NCBI GenBank assembly: GCA_963823555.1
Contig: CAWGMA010000001.1
Location: 1,280,001-1,344,000 of the forward strand
Source of the DNA: Candidatus Eiseniibacteriota bacterium
GTDB lineage: Bacteria; Eisenbacteria; RBG-16-71-46; CAVPCR01
DNA length: 64,000 nucleotides
Direction: 5' to 3'
Below the pieces are notes generated by a model. That model did no database searches. It was not told where the DNA came from and saw only the letters and a list, made by a program, of their open reading frames with translations. The translations under genes were made by a program, and so were the position numbers. Positions 1 through 10,241 of this stretch are shown here, in pieces (the first letter of the stretch is position 1; each line of letters opens with the position of its first letter).

Positions 1-541
1 ACGTCCTTGCCGGTCGACCCCGGCCGGCAGCGCGCCCTCGAGCACGACCTGCACCGTGCGCGGGATCTGCCACCAGAACTCGCCGGTGGCCCAGATCGCC
101 GCGGCGTCGGTGCGCACCACCGGCGTGCCCACCGCGCCCAGCGCCGCCGTACATGTTGGAGTGCGAGTCGGAGGCGACGACGAAGGCCCCGGGCACCACG
201 TACCGCTGCTCGACCATGACCTGGTGGCCGATGCCCGGTCCCGGCCGGATAGAAGTCGACGCCCTGCTCGCGGGCGAACGCCTCGATCGCGCGGTACTTG
301 GCCAGGTTCTCCTCGGAGCGGTTCTGGATGTCGTGGTCCAGGGCGAAGACCGGCTGCCGCGGGTCGTGGATCCGCGTGCGCGCCGATCGCCTGGAACTTC
401 TTCATCACCGGCGCCGTGTTGTCGTGGGTCATCACGTGGCGCGGCCGGATGGAGAGGAAGTCGCCGGCGCGCAGCGGCCGCGCTCGGCGGCCCCTCGGCC
501 ATGTGCGCCTGGGCGATCTTCTCGACGACCGTCTGTCCCAT
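1..541 (-). pseudogene. Homoaconitase (Lys4/LysF-like, aconitase family), 5' part; frameshifted and running off the window
   Basis: Manual translation across frameshifts: [88 protein letters not shown], matching the fungal-type homoaconitase N-terminus. ATG at 541 with GGGAG upstream. Indels may be assembly errors. Confidence 0.75.
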
Positions 542-580
542 CGTGCATCTCCCTCGGCCTCAGCCGCTCGGCTGCGCGAG

Positions 581-2004
581 TCAGCGTCCATCAGCGTCGC
601 GTGATCGAGTCGCAGCTTCTCCAGGTTCCAGACCGCGTCCTTGACGCCTGCGCGCGCCGTCCGCGGCGAGCACCGGCTCGGCCAGGGCGTCGAACTTCTC
701 CTCGATCTCCTCGTCGGTCAGCGGGTTGCGCGGGTCGCCCTTCGGGTAGTCGATCTGCTTGGTGAACTCGCGGCCGTCGTGGTCGTGATCGTGACGATCG
801 ACCCGCTGCAGCTCGGGGAACACGCTTCTCGATCTCGGGATCGGCGACCACCTCGACCTTGTTCAGCTGGGCGCGGATCGTCGGGTCCATGATCTTCTCC
901 GTCGGTGAACTGCAGCGGCGTGACCTGGCGGTCGGCGATCGCCGCGGCGATGCACGTAGGGCAGGCAGTGATCGGCGGTCTCCTTGGTGCGCGGATCGTA
1001 CTTGCGACGGGTCGGCCAGGATGTCCGCGGCGCGGGCCAGCGAGCGGATGTGGACCTTCTCGACCTGCTCCGGCTGCGAGGTCGTTGCTCCTTGACCAGG
1101 TCGAGCACGGCGGAGATCGGCGCGTGGGTCAGCGCCTCGGTGGGGAAGGCCTTCATGCCGCACTGGGTGATGCGCCAGACTCTCGCCGAGCCCATCGGTC
1201 AGGATCTCGAGCTTCCACTCCGGGCCCGATGCAGTGGACCAGGCCCTCCTTGCCGTCGATGACGTGCTCGGGCCCGGTGTAGCCCTTCTCGGCCAGCAGC
1301 GCGGCCAGCACGCCGCTCTGGGTGGCCAGCGGGTCGACGGTGTTCTTCATCATGGTCAGCTTGCCCGCGGTGACCGCGCCGAGCGTGGCATGCGCGGCTG
1401 CCGGAGATGCCGATGGCGTGCTGGATCTGCTCCGCGGTCGAGGTCGAGCATGCGTGCCGGCGACGATCGGCGAGACGAAGCGCGGTCAGCGTGGCGTGGT
1501 GCCAGCCCCGCTCGCGGATGCCCGGGAAACGCCGCCTCGCACAGCCGCATCTCGAACTCGTGGCCGAGCACGATGCCGACGATCAGCTCCTTGCCGTCCT
1601 TGCCGCGCGCGCTCGCCGCAGGCCATCGCGGCCGGGATGATGTCCGAGGGGTGCGACGGATCCTGCTTCCAGTAGATGTCGTTGTAGTCCATCACCCGGA
1701 CCATCAGCGCGTTGAGCGAGCGAGGCCGAGACCGGGTCGATGCTTGCTGGCCGGTGCCGATGACGGTCGCCGGGCCCTGGCCGGCCGTTCTCGTCCAGCA
1801 CCTCGAGCGCGATCTTGACGTCGTGCTGCTGGTAGCCGCCGAGGGCGCAGCCCAGCGAGTCGAGCAGGTAGCGCTTGGCCTCGTGGACGGCGTCCGTCGG
1901 AGAGGTCGTCGAAGCTCGAGGCCGGCGGCCCAGCGGGACATGTCGCGCGGTGATCGTGTCGGGCTCCTGTCGTCCTTCGCGACCTCGCGGGATCGGTACG
2001 TCAC
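581..2004 (-). pseudogene. prpD: MmgE/PrpD family (2-methylcitrate dehydratase-like) protein, multiple frameshifts
   Basis: Fragments in different frames: AKRYLLDSLGCALGG, NALMVRVMDYNDIY..SHPSDIIPA, MKAFPTEALTHAPI, TKETADH, YPKGDPRNPLTDEEIEEKF. Likely GTG start at 2004 after GAGGAG. Confidence 0.8.
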
Positions 2005-2021
2005 GGTCCGCGTCTCCTCGA

Positions 2022-2565
2022 TCACCGGTCGAGGTTCTTGAACGGCACGAAGCTCATGAAGTCGGCGTGGTGGACGATGAACGCCTCGGTGCTGCGCTTG
2101 ACCAGTTCGCCCTCGCCGGCGTGGGTGGCGATGATGTGGCAGACCTCGTCGGGAACGCCGCAGGCCATCGCCAGGTGCGACGCCGGTGAACGGGTGGCGC
2201 AGCGCTCTTGCCGCGGTCGCTCTGCACGCGCCTTGCCGTCGACCTTCTCGTACTCGAGCAGCTTGCCGACGTCGGCCAGGATCGCGCCGGCGATCACCGT
2301 GTCCATGTCGATCGGCAGCGCGCGGCCGAGGAACTCCTGCATCGCCTCGGCCGACCGGCGCGCGATGTGCACGACGCAGCGCTTGTGCTCCATGAAGGTG
2401 GCCGGGCAGTCGGGGACGAGCAGCGTGAAGGGGATCCGTTGAGGTCGTCGGGCGTCAGCGGGCTCGCTCGAACGCCATGACCCAGGTCTCGAGCACTCGT
2501 TCGCGCAGCGTCTCGTTCTCGATCCAGGCCAGCTCGGGCCACAGCTCGTTGACCGCCTCGCGCAA
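2022..2565 (-). pseudogene. HD/HDIG-domain protein with a degenerate HD motif (ILADVGK), frameshifted
   Basis: LWPELAWIENETLRERVLETW..IPFTLL..EHKRCVVHIA..AGAILADVGKLLEY..HIIATHAGEG..IVHHADF. TTG start at 2565 after GAGG. Confidence 0.7.
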
Positions 2566-2825
2566 CTGAACCTCGTCCTTAACTGGTGATGATGGAGTCA
2601 CTTGGTCCCTCCGGTGCGACGTTGCAGCCAGATCGATTGGGCGATGCCGTCATGGTCTCGGACAAAGGCCGTCAAGTATCTCCCGGGCGGCGGGCAGCCG
2701 CCAGCCAAATCGCCGGCAGGGGCGCTGCCCCCGGCCGGCCGCCTCTTGCCACGCCTGGCGGCCCTTCCTACACTCCGCCGGCAACCTGTCGGAGCCTGGA
2801 GGCTCCGGCCAAACCGAGAGGGAAA

Positions 2826-3785
2826 ATGACCACCACCACGACTCCGTCCGCCCAGAAACCGGCTGCCGCCAACAAGATGGACTTCGTCACCCTGTCCGAC
2901 TGGGACCGCCCGCAGCTCGAGGCCGTGCTCACCGAGGCCGCTCACGTGAAGAAGGGCTTCCGCGAACGGGGGGCCTCCGACCGTCTGCACGGCCGCACGC
3001 TGGCCATGATCTTCCACAAACCGAGCCTGCGCACGCGCGTCAGCTTCGAGGTGGGGATGACCCAGCTCGGCGGAGCGGCGGTCTACATCACCGAGCGCGA
3101 GATCGGGATCGATTCCCGCGAGGCGGTGGAGGATGTGGCCCGGGTTCTCAGCGGCTACGTCGATGCCATCATGATCCGCACCTTCTCCCATGAGCTCGTG
3201 CGCAAGCTGGCGCAGAACGCCACCATCCCGGTCATCAACGGTCTCGATGACCTCGTTCATCCCTGCCAGATCCTCGCTGACCTCATGACGCTCAGAGAGC
3301 TCGGCTTTGCCTTCGACGGTCTCCCCGTGGCCTGGCTGGGGGATGGCAACAACGTGGCTCACTCGTGGATCGATGCGGCCGTGATCTTCGGCCTCGATCT
3401 TCGGCTCGCAGTGCCCGCGGGTTACGAGCCGCAGGCGGCGTTCCTCGCCCGTGCTCGAGAGGCTGGCGCCAAGGTCACGGTGACCCACGATCCGCGGGCG
3501 GCGGTGAGCGGGGCGCGCATGCTCTATGCCGACGTCTGGGCGTCGATGGGGCAAGAGAGTGAGGCCGCCGCGCGCCGCGAGGTCTTCCGTCCTTTCCAGA
3601 TCAACGCCGCATTGCTCAAGCAGGCTGATCCCAAGGCGGTGGTGATGCACTGTCTCCCCGCCCATCGCGGCGAGGAGATCACCGCCGACGTGATCGAGGG
3701 TCCGCAGTCGGTCGTCTTCCACCAGGCCGAGAACCGAATGCATGCCCAGAAGGGGCTCCTCGTGAGCCTGATCGGCCGGGGATGA
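2826..3785 (+). CDS. argF: Ornithine carbamoyltransferase
   Basis: FHKPSLRTR, HPCQ, DVWASMG and HCLP motifs. Confidence 0.93.
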   Translation: MTTTTTPSAQKPAAANKMDFVTLSDWDRPQLEAVLTEAAHVKKGFRERGASDRLHGRTLAMIFHKPSLRTRVSFEVGMTQLGGAAVYITEREIGIDSREAVEDVARVLSGYVDAIMIRTFSHELVRKLAQNATIPVINGLDDLVHPCQILADLMTLRELGFAFDGLPVAWLGDGNNVAHSWIDAAVIFGLDLRLAVPAGYEPQAAFLARAREAGAKVTVTHDPRAAVSGARMLYADVWASMGQESEAAARREVFRPFQINAALLKQADPKAVVMHCLPAHRGEEITADVIEGPQSVVFHQAENRMHAQKGLLVSLIGRG

Positions 3786-3833
3786 CGTGCGCGGCTCCGG
3801 CTCCGGGCCCATCGCTCCGGGAAATCGGCAGCC

Positions 3834-5036
3834 GTGGTGACGCGGCCCGCCGGATGGGGGGCGGCATTCGTCCTCGGCCTTCTCGGCTTCGCCTGCGCCC
3901 GCCAGGGCTTCCCCCCCGGCGGCCCCCGTGACGAGACGGCGCCCTACGTCGTCGCCACCGAGCCGGATTCCGGAGCGACGCGGGTGCCGCTCGACGCGGA
4001 CGTCGCCATCACCTTCTCCGAGGCGATGAACCAGAGCTCGGTGATCGACTGGATCCTTCTCTCGCCGCCCCGGGACTTCTCCGGGCGCGACTGGAAGGGC
4101 AACATGCTGCGTCTTAGCGGGGGCGAGGACTTCCCGCCTGATGTGACGACCACCGTCATCATCGGCATTGGAGCCCGCGACGCGCGCGAGAACATCCCGA
4201 TGACATCACCGTACCTGTTCGTCTTCTCCACCGGCGACTCGCTCGATCGCGGGCGCATCGAAGGCCGGCTCGTGGCCAAGAATCAGCGCGCCCAGGGCAC
4301 CATGGTGTGGGCGATGGACGTCGAGCGAGCGGCGGCCCGGCCCGACACGATGCTGCCGGACTACGTGACCCAGGCCGGGCAGGACTCGAGCTTCGTCTTC
4401 ATCGGTCTCGCCACCGACCGGCGCTATCGGGTGATGGCCCACTTCGACGCCAACAACGACCGGGAGTTCGATCGCGATTCCGAGTTCCTGGCGGCCTATC
4501 CGGACACGATCTGGATCGATCCCGCCGCGCCGACGGTCGCTGACGCCGTGATCGACTTCCGGAATCCGCGCGCTCCGGGCTCGATCGCCGGTTCGGTCAT
4601 CGACTCGACGGGGCTCGCGCCTCGGGCCGCCGCGGCTGCCCCCGCCGAGACCCTGGCCGTCGCCGTGAGCGACACGATGGCGATGCCGGCCCTGGCCGAT
4701 ACGACGGCCATGCCGGCGCCGGCCGACACGACGTGGCAAGCCTTCCTCGTCGAAGCGTGGCTGGTCGCGCTCGCCGTGCCGCCACCGAGTCCGGCCGAGG
4801 CGCCCGTCGACACGGTGGCGCTGGCCACGGCCAGGTCCGACAGCCTCGGGCGATACGTGCTGCGCAATCTGCCTCCCGGTCTCTATCGGGTCGAGGCCTA
4901 TCTCGATCGCAACGAGGATCAGCGCTATGATGCCGACGAGCCGGCCGCCGTACCGGCCGATTCCGTGCGTGTCGACCCGCTCGAGGAAACCAAGAACGTC
5001 GATCTCATCGTCGGTCGCAGGCCCCGTCCGCGGTAG
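3834..5036 (+). CDS. Ig-like (Big_5) domain lipoprotein
   Basis: Lipobox LGFAC followed by ARQGFPPGGPRDETAP and ITFSEAMN; two carboxypeptidase-regulatory-like modules with DxNxD loops. Confidence 0.75.
   Translation: MVTRPAGWGAAFVLGLLGFACARQGFPPGGPRDETAPYVVATEPDSGATRVPLDADVAITFSEAMNQSSVIDWILLSPPRDFSGRDWKGNMLRLSGGEDFPPDVTTTVIIGIGARDARENIPMTSPYLFVFSTGDSLDRGRIEGRLVAKNQRAQGTMVWAMDVERAAARPDTMLPDYVTQAGQDSSFVFIGLATDRRYRVMAHFDANNDREFDRDSEFLAAYPDTIWIDPAAPTVADAVIDFRNPRAPGSIAGSVIDSTGLAPRAAAAAPAETLAVAVSDTMAMPALADTTAMPAPADTTWQAFLVEAWLVALAVPPPSPAEAPVDTVALATARSDSLGRYVLRNLPPGLYRVEAYLDRNEDQRYDADEPAAVPADSVRVDPLEETKNVDLIVGRRPRPR
4671..4733 (+). repeat. Degenerate 27-bp tandem repeat encoding DTxAMPAxA (about 2.3 copies)
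   Basis: gacacgatggcgatgccggccctggcc / gatacgacggccatgccggcgccggcc / gacacgacg. Confidence 0.7.
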
Positions 5037-5059
5037 GGACCTGCCCAAAGGAGCGAGCC

Positions 5060-5950
5060 ATGTTTGAAGGTGCCAGTGCCGCGATCGTGACGCCCTTCCG
5101 CCAAGGTGCCGTCGACTACGACGCCATGCGCGTTCTCGCGCGCCATCTCGTCACCTCGGGGCTCGATGGGATCATCGTCATCGGGTCGACGGGTGAGGGC
5201 GCCACGCTCGCGCCCGAGGAAAAGCGGCGAGCGATCGAGGTCGTCCTGGCCGAGGCCAAGGGCCGGGCCTTCGTCGTGGCCGGCACCGGAACCAACTCGA
5301 CCGAGCAGTCGGTCGAGCTCTCGCGCCTGGCCCGCGAGATCGGCGCCGACGGGGTGATGGTGGTGACTCCCTACTACAACAAGCCGACCCCCGAGGGGCT
5401 CTACCGCCATTACGAAGCCGTGGCGCGCGCGGCGCGGCTGCCGATCGTGGTCTACAACGTGCCCGGACGCACCGGACTCAACTTGAAGCCGGAGACGGCG
5501 GCTCGCCTCGCCCGGATCGATGGCGTCGTCGCCATCAAGGAAGCCGCCGGCTCCGTCGATCAGGTGAGCGAGCTCGTGGCACAGACCAACCTCACCGTGC
5601 TCGCCGGAGACGATTCCCTCACCTTGCCGATGATGGCGGTGGGAGCCCGCGGCATCGTGTCCGTGGTGGCCAACGTCGCTCCGGCCGAGGTCAAGGCGCT
5701 GGTCGACGCCGCGGCGCGGAGCGATCTGTCACACGCTCGCGAGTTGCACGCCCGGCTCTATCCGCTCACCAAGGCGATGTTCCTCGAAACCAATCCGGGC
5801 CCGGTCAAGCATGCGCTGCATCTGCTCGGGCTCATCGCCGAAGAGCTTCGCCTCCCGCTCGTGCCGGTCACCGCGCCCACCGGGCGCGCCGTCGAGGAAG
5901 CCCTCCGCGCCTTCGGTCTCACGATCGGCGCCCATGCCGGGGTGCGCTGA
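5060..5950 (+). CDS. dapA: 4-hydroxy-tetrahydrodipicolinate synthase
   Basis: GSTGE, TPYYNKP, YNVPGRTG, AIKEA, ETNPGPVK; AAGGAG RBS. Confidence 0.95.
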   Translation: MFEGASAAIVTPFRQGAVDYDAMRVLARHLVTSGLDGIIVIGSTGEGATLAPEEKRRAIEVVLAEAKGRAFVVAGTGTNSTEQSVELSRLAREIGADGVMVVTPYYNKPTPEGLYRHYEAVARAARLPIVVYNVPGRTGLNLKPETAARLARIDGVVAIKEAAGSVDQVSELVAQTNLTVLAGDDSLTLPMMAVGARGIVSVVANVAPAEVKALVDAAARSDLSHARELHARLYPLTKAMFLETNPGPVKHALHLLGLIAEELRLPLVPVTAPTGRAVEEALRAFGLTIGAHAGVR

Positions 5951-6759
5951 TGGCCGGCAAGATCAACGTCGTCATCGCCGGCGCGACCGGCCGCATGGGA
6001 GAACCCGTTGCTCGCGCCGTGATGGCCGACGATCGCTTCGCGCTGGCTGGCATCCTCGTGCACGCGGATGATCCCGCGCGGGGATCGTCACCGCTGCCCG
6101 GTGGGCCGGCGGCCATGGTCGATCCCGATCTTGTGCTCGAGCGCGGTCAGGTGCTCATCGAATTCACCACACCGGAGGCCACGGCCGGGCTGGCGCGAGC
6201 CGCGGCGAGCGCGGGTGCGGCCATCGTGAGTGGCACGACGGGGCTGGGCAACGAGGCCGAGTCGGCGCTCGCGGCCGCCGCCCGCACCGTGGCCGTCGTG
6301 CATGCGCCCAATATGAGCCGCGGGATCGCGCTCCTCACCGCGCTCGCGGTGCGCGCGGTCTCCAATCTGGCCGATTTCGATCTCGAGATCGAAGAACGCC
6401 ATCACCGCGGCAAGGCCGATGCTCCCAGCGGGACGGCGCTCGCGCTGGCGCGGGCCCTGGCGGGCGCGCGCGGCACCGGCCCCGAGGTCTACCGGCACGG
6501 CCGCTCGGGACGGGGCCAGAGAACCCCGAAGGAGATCGGCCTCCATGCCCTCCGTGGTGGGGACTGGGTGGGGGAGCACGCGATCATCCTCGCCGGTCCC
6601 GGAGAGACGATCGAGCTTCGCCACCGCGCGGAGAGCCGGATGGCCTTCGTGCGCGGTGCGCTGGCCGCCGCGGCCTTCGCCGCCGGCGCGACACCCGGGC
6701 TCTACAGCATGGTCGATGTGCTGGACGAGAGCGCAAAGGGGCCGAACTCCGGGACCTGA
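5950..6759 (+). CDS. dapB: 4-hydroxy-tetrahydrodipicolinate reductase
   Basis: GATGRMG, GTTG, EERHHRGKADAPSGTA; overlaps the dapA stop codon. Confidence 0.95.
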   Translation: MAGKINVVIAGATGRMGEPVARAVMADDRFALAGILVHADDPARGSSPLPGGPAAMVDPDLVLERGQVLIEFTTPEATAGLARAAASAGAAIVSGTTGLGNEAESALAAAARTVAVVHAPNMSRGIALLTALAVRAVSNLADFDLEIEERHHRGKADAPSGTALALARALAGARGTGPEVYRHGRSGRGQRTPKEIGLHALRGGDWVGEHAIILAGPGETIELRHRAESRMAFVRGALAAAAFAAGATPGLYSMVDVLDESAKGPNSGT

Positions 6760-6850
6760 TGTCGTAGACTGGTTATGGGTCGGCACCCTGGCTGACCGGC
6801 CCGAACCGACTGACCGCCCGCGACGCCCCGGGCGGCGGAGAGACGGCATC

Positions 6851-9800
6851 ATGGATCAGCGACCGGCGTGTCCCGACCTCTCATGGCTGCCGCGTGACTG
6901 CGGGTCCGCACGCGCTCGTGCCGCGCCCGCTCCAGGGCCTCCTGGTCGGTGCCTGGGCGGCCGCGGCGCTGCCCCCGGTCCCGCCGCGCTCCTCGCCTCG
7001 GCGCTCCTCCTCGCTCTCCTGCTATCGCCGCCGCCGGTCTCGGCTCAGGCCTTCTTCGGGAAGAACAAGGTCCAGTACGCCGAATTCTCCTGGCAAGTCA
7101 TGCAGACGCCCCACATCGATCTGCACTTCTACCCGGAAGAGGAGGAAGTCGCCGAGTGGGTGGCCGAGGTGGCGGAGGAAGCCTGGGCCGAGTTCACGAT
7201 CGAGATGGGGCTCGACTCGCTGACCACCAAACGCATCCCCTTTCTGCTCTACTCGACGCACCGCGACTTCGAGCAGACCAACGTCTCACCCGGGCCCATC
7301 CCGGAGGAGGTCGGGGGGCTCACGGATCTCCTCAAGGGGCGCGTGCTGGTGCCCCATACGGGTTCCTATCATCGCCTGCGCTGGGTCGTTCGCCACGAGC
7401 TGGTTCACGCCCTCATGCTCGAGAAGCTGAGCCAGGATCTGCGCGTGCACAAGAAGACGCGCTACACCTATCCGCCCCTCTGGTACGTGGAGGGGCTCGC
7501 CGAGTTCCTTGCTGCCGACTGGGATGCGCGCGCGGACATGATCGTGCGCGATGCGGTGATCCATGATCGACTCGTCCCCGTCGACCAGCTGTGGACGATC
7601 AACGGCTCGTTCCAGATGTACAAGGAGGGGCAGTCGATCCTGCTCCACATCGCGGAGCACCATGGCCGCGACAAGGTGCTCGAGTTCCTCAAGCTCTGGT
7701 GGCAGACCGACGACTTCGATCGCCTGATGATCGAGATCCTGGGGATGACGACCAAGGAGCTCGACCGGGCCTGGACCGATGAGCTCAGGCGGCGGTATTA
7801 CCCGCAGGTCAAGGAGCGTGATGCGGTGGATGTGGCGGCCGAGAGGATGATCGGTCATGGCCGCTTCAACCTGGCCGCCTGCGCCTTGCCGCCGGCCGGT
7901 GCTGCGGCCGCCGACTCGGCCCTCGATCTGGTCTTCCTGTCGAGCTTGGGCGGTTTCCCCGGGCTTCGCCATGGCGTGTACCGGCCCGGCGTCCCACCTG
8001 ACAAGGCCGAGCCTCCGGTGCTGTTGGTGAAGGGTGGCACCAGCGAGGATTTCGAGAGCCTGCACTTCTTCGAGAGCGCGCTCGATGTGAATGCCCGGCG
8101 CGAAGTGGTCTTCGTCGCGCGCTCGGGGGCGCGCGACGTGCTCCACATCGTCGATGTCGACCGCCGGTTGCGCCTGGCGTCCCTCACCTTCCCGTCGCTC
8201 GTGGCTCTGAGCTCTCCATCCTGGTCACCCGACGGGAGCCGGATCGTGATGAGCGGGGTGGATGTCTCGGGCCGGTGCGATCTCTATACCGTCGGCCGCG
8301 ATGGAAGCGGCCTGCGGGCCCTGACCAGCGATGTCTATGACGATCGCGATCCGGACTGGTCGCCCGACGGTCGCATGATCGTGTTCGCGTCGGATCGCTG
8401 TCCCGGTGGGGCCGCCGGTGCGATGAATCTCTACTTGCTGGATCCCGAGGTGAGCGCTGAGCCGGTTCCCCTGACGAGCGGGTTCCAGGAGGATGCGGAG
8501 CCCGCCTTCTCACCCGACGGCCGGTTGATCGCGTTCCGTTCCGATCGCCATGCCTCGACCTACGATCTCTACCTGGTCGACCTCGCCGGTCGCGTGACTC
8601 CGCTCCAGCGCTTCCAGACCGCGGCCCTCGATCCGGAGTGGACCCCGGACGGCCGGCAGATCCTGTTCACGACCTTCCTTGAACAGTCGTTCGCCATCTA
8701 CCGGACTCCGGCCATCGAGTTGCCGCTGCCTGCGCCAGTGGAGGAGACGGGCCCGATTCTGGCCGGGCTCACCGGCCACGGCAGCGGGATCGCCAGCACC
8801 GGCCGCACCCTCGAACTGGCCGGCCTCTTCGCCGCGGGCAGCGCGGAGAGCGATGCGGCCTCACCGGGCCCGGAGCCCACTCCGAGCTGGGATCCCACTG
8901 CCGATCTCGGCGCGCCCGCGGACACGCCCGGAGGCCCGGGCGAGAGCGCCGGCTCGGCATGGGAACCGGCGGTGCCCGACTCGTCCTACCCGGTGTCCGG
9001 ATATCGCCGGCGCTTCGAGCTCGATCTGATCCAGGGCGGCGTGGCCTACGATCCCGATTTCGGCGGCGGGGGAGGCGGGCAGATCGCCTTCTCGGATCTG
9101 CTCAACAACGAGCAGCTGCTCTTCTTCATTGCCAACGATGGCGGTTCGAGCGGCAACTTCCTCGACTCCTTCGACCTGGGCTTCACCTACTACAACGCGT
9201 GGCGGCGATTGAACTGGGGAGCCGGGGCCTTCCGCCTGGCGCGCACCTACAACGCGGATCTCGACCTCTTCCTCCGGGAGAGCCGGGTCGGCGGGCTCTT
9301 CCTCGCCAGCTATCCGCTGAGCCGCTTCAACCGGATCGAGACCACGCTCGTCGTGCGCCGGATCTCGAACCACCTCTATCGCTCCGGAGTGGTGAGCGAC
9401 ACCTATTTCGTCTCCAACGTCTTCTCGTATGTCCACGATGGAACGCTGTGGTCGATGCTGGGCCCCTTCGATGGTTCCCGGTACAATCTGACACTCGGTC
9501 TCACCACCGACATCGGCGCCGGCATCGGCGATTACGTGAGCGTCCTGGGCGACTACCGCTGGTATCACCGGTTGTTCGAAGACATGGTCTACGCCATGCG
9601 CACACAAGCCCGGGTCAGCTTCGGGGACGAAGGCCAGCGCTACTTCGTGGGGGGGGCCTTCAGTCTGCGCGGCTATCCGCATCGCTCGGTCGCCGGCCGG
9701 CGGCTCCTGCTGCTGAATCAAGAGGTACGCTTCCCGATCATCGACCGCATGGTCGTCGCCATGCCCGCGGGCCCGCTCGACATGCCCGTCTTCTATGGAG

Positions 9801-9991
9801 CGGGGTTCGTCGACATGGCCTGGGTGGGTGATCCGGATTGGGCGGCACGCCCGGTGGGGAGCGTCGGCGTCGGATTCTTCATCGGGGGCGGGCCGTATCC
9901 GCGGTTGCGCGTCGATTTCAGCTGGCCGACCGATTTCCATTCGATCTCGGGCCGGGCCGATACCGAGTTCTCGATCGGCTTCGGCTATTGA
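6851..9991 (+). CDS. Omp85/BamA-TamA family outer-membrane protein with an N-terminal peptidase MA-like domain and PD40 (TolB-like) propeller
   Basis: Signal peptide then AQAFFGKNKVQY; HELVH..WYVEGLAE; repeated PxWSPDG; C-terminal GGAFSLRGY and FSIGFGY beta-signal. Start uncertain. Confidence 0.8.
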   Translation: MDQRPACPDLSWLPRDCGSARARAAPAPGPPGRCLGGRGAAPGPAALLASALLLALLLSPPPVSAQAFFGKNKVQYAEFSWQVMQTPHIDLHFYPEEEEVAEWVAEVAEEAWAEFTIEMGLDSLTTKRIPFLLYSTHRDFEQTNVSPGPIPEEVGGLTDLLKGRVLVPHTGSYHRLRWVVRHELVHALMLEKLSQDLRVHKKTRYTYPPLWYVEGLAEFLAADWDARADMIVRDAVIHDRLVPVDQLWTINGSFQMYKEGQSILLHIAEHHGRDKVLEFLKLWWQTDDFDRLMIEILGMTTKELDRAWTDELRRRYYPQVKERDAVDVAAERMIGHGRFNLAACALPPAGAAAADSALDLVFLSSLGGFPGLRHGVYRPGVPPDKAEPPVLLVKGGTSEDFESLHFFESALDVNARREVVFVARSGARDVLHIVDVDRRLRLASLTFPSLVALSSPSWSPDGSRIVMSGVDVSGRCDLYTVGRDGSGLRALTSDVYDDRDPDWSPDGRMIVFASDRCPGGAAGAMNLYLLDPEVSAEPVPLTSGFQEDAEPAFSPDGRLIAFRSDRHASTYDLYLVDLAGRVTPLQRFQTAALDPEWTPDGRQILFTTFLEQSFAIYRTPAIELPLPAPVEETGPILAGLTGHGSGIASTGRTLELAGLFAAGSAESDAASPGPEPTPSWDPTADLGAPADTPGGPGESAGSAWEPAVPDSSYPVSGYRRRFELDLIQGGVAYDPDFGGGGGGQIAFSDLLNNEQLLFFIANDGGSSGNFLDSFDLGFTYYNAWRRLNWGAGAFRLARTYNADLDLFLRESRVGGLFLASYPLSRFNRIETTLVVRRISNHLYRSGVVSDTYFVSNVFSYVHDGTLWSMLGPFDGSRYNLTLGLTTDIGAGIGDYVSVLGDYRWYHRLFEDMVYAMRTQARVSFGDEGQRYFVGGAFSLRGYPHRSVAGRRLLLLNQEVRFPIIDRMVVAMPAGPLDMPVFYGAGFVDMAWVGDPDWAARPVGSVGVGFFIGGGPYPRLRVDFSWPTDFHSISGRADTEFSIGFGY

Positions 9992-10241
9992 TGAGGCGGC
10001 CCGGCTCCCGGCACGAGCAGGCGGCATACCGCGCGGGCGAGGTGGCGCTGCTCGCCTGCAGACGGCAGGCACGCGCGGCGCCTCGGCACCGGGCTCACGA
10101 TCGGGCACCCGGAAGTGGGTGCCGGGTTTTGCTTGCCCGGATCGCCAAGGCGGGCTTATCTTGAATCACCCGCATGCGCGATCAACGCGCTTCTCTCCCT
10201 CGCTCTCTTGACGCCCCGGCCGCCGACCAACGGGAGGGCAC

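Noticed and set aside
1..2565. Programmed frameshifting or recoding
   Set aside because: Indels are numerous, irregular and span three genes without evident slippery sites; sequencing error is more parsimonious.
2826..3785. SLRTR motif suggesting an N-acetyl/N-succinylornithine transcarbamylase
   Set aside because: The SMG loop and HCLP context of canonical OTC are present, and SLRT also occurs in ordinary ArgF.
6419..6850. N-terminal extension of the 1190-aa Omp85 ORF
   Set aside because: Overlaps dapB; high-GC open-frame artefact.
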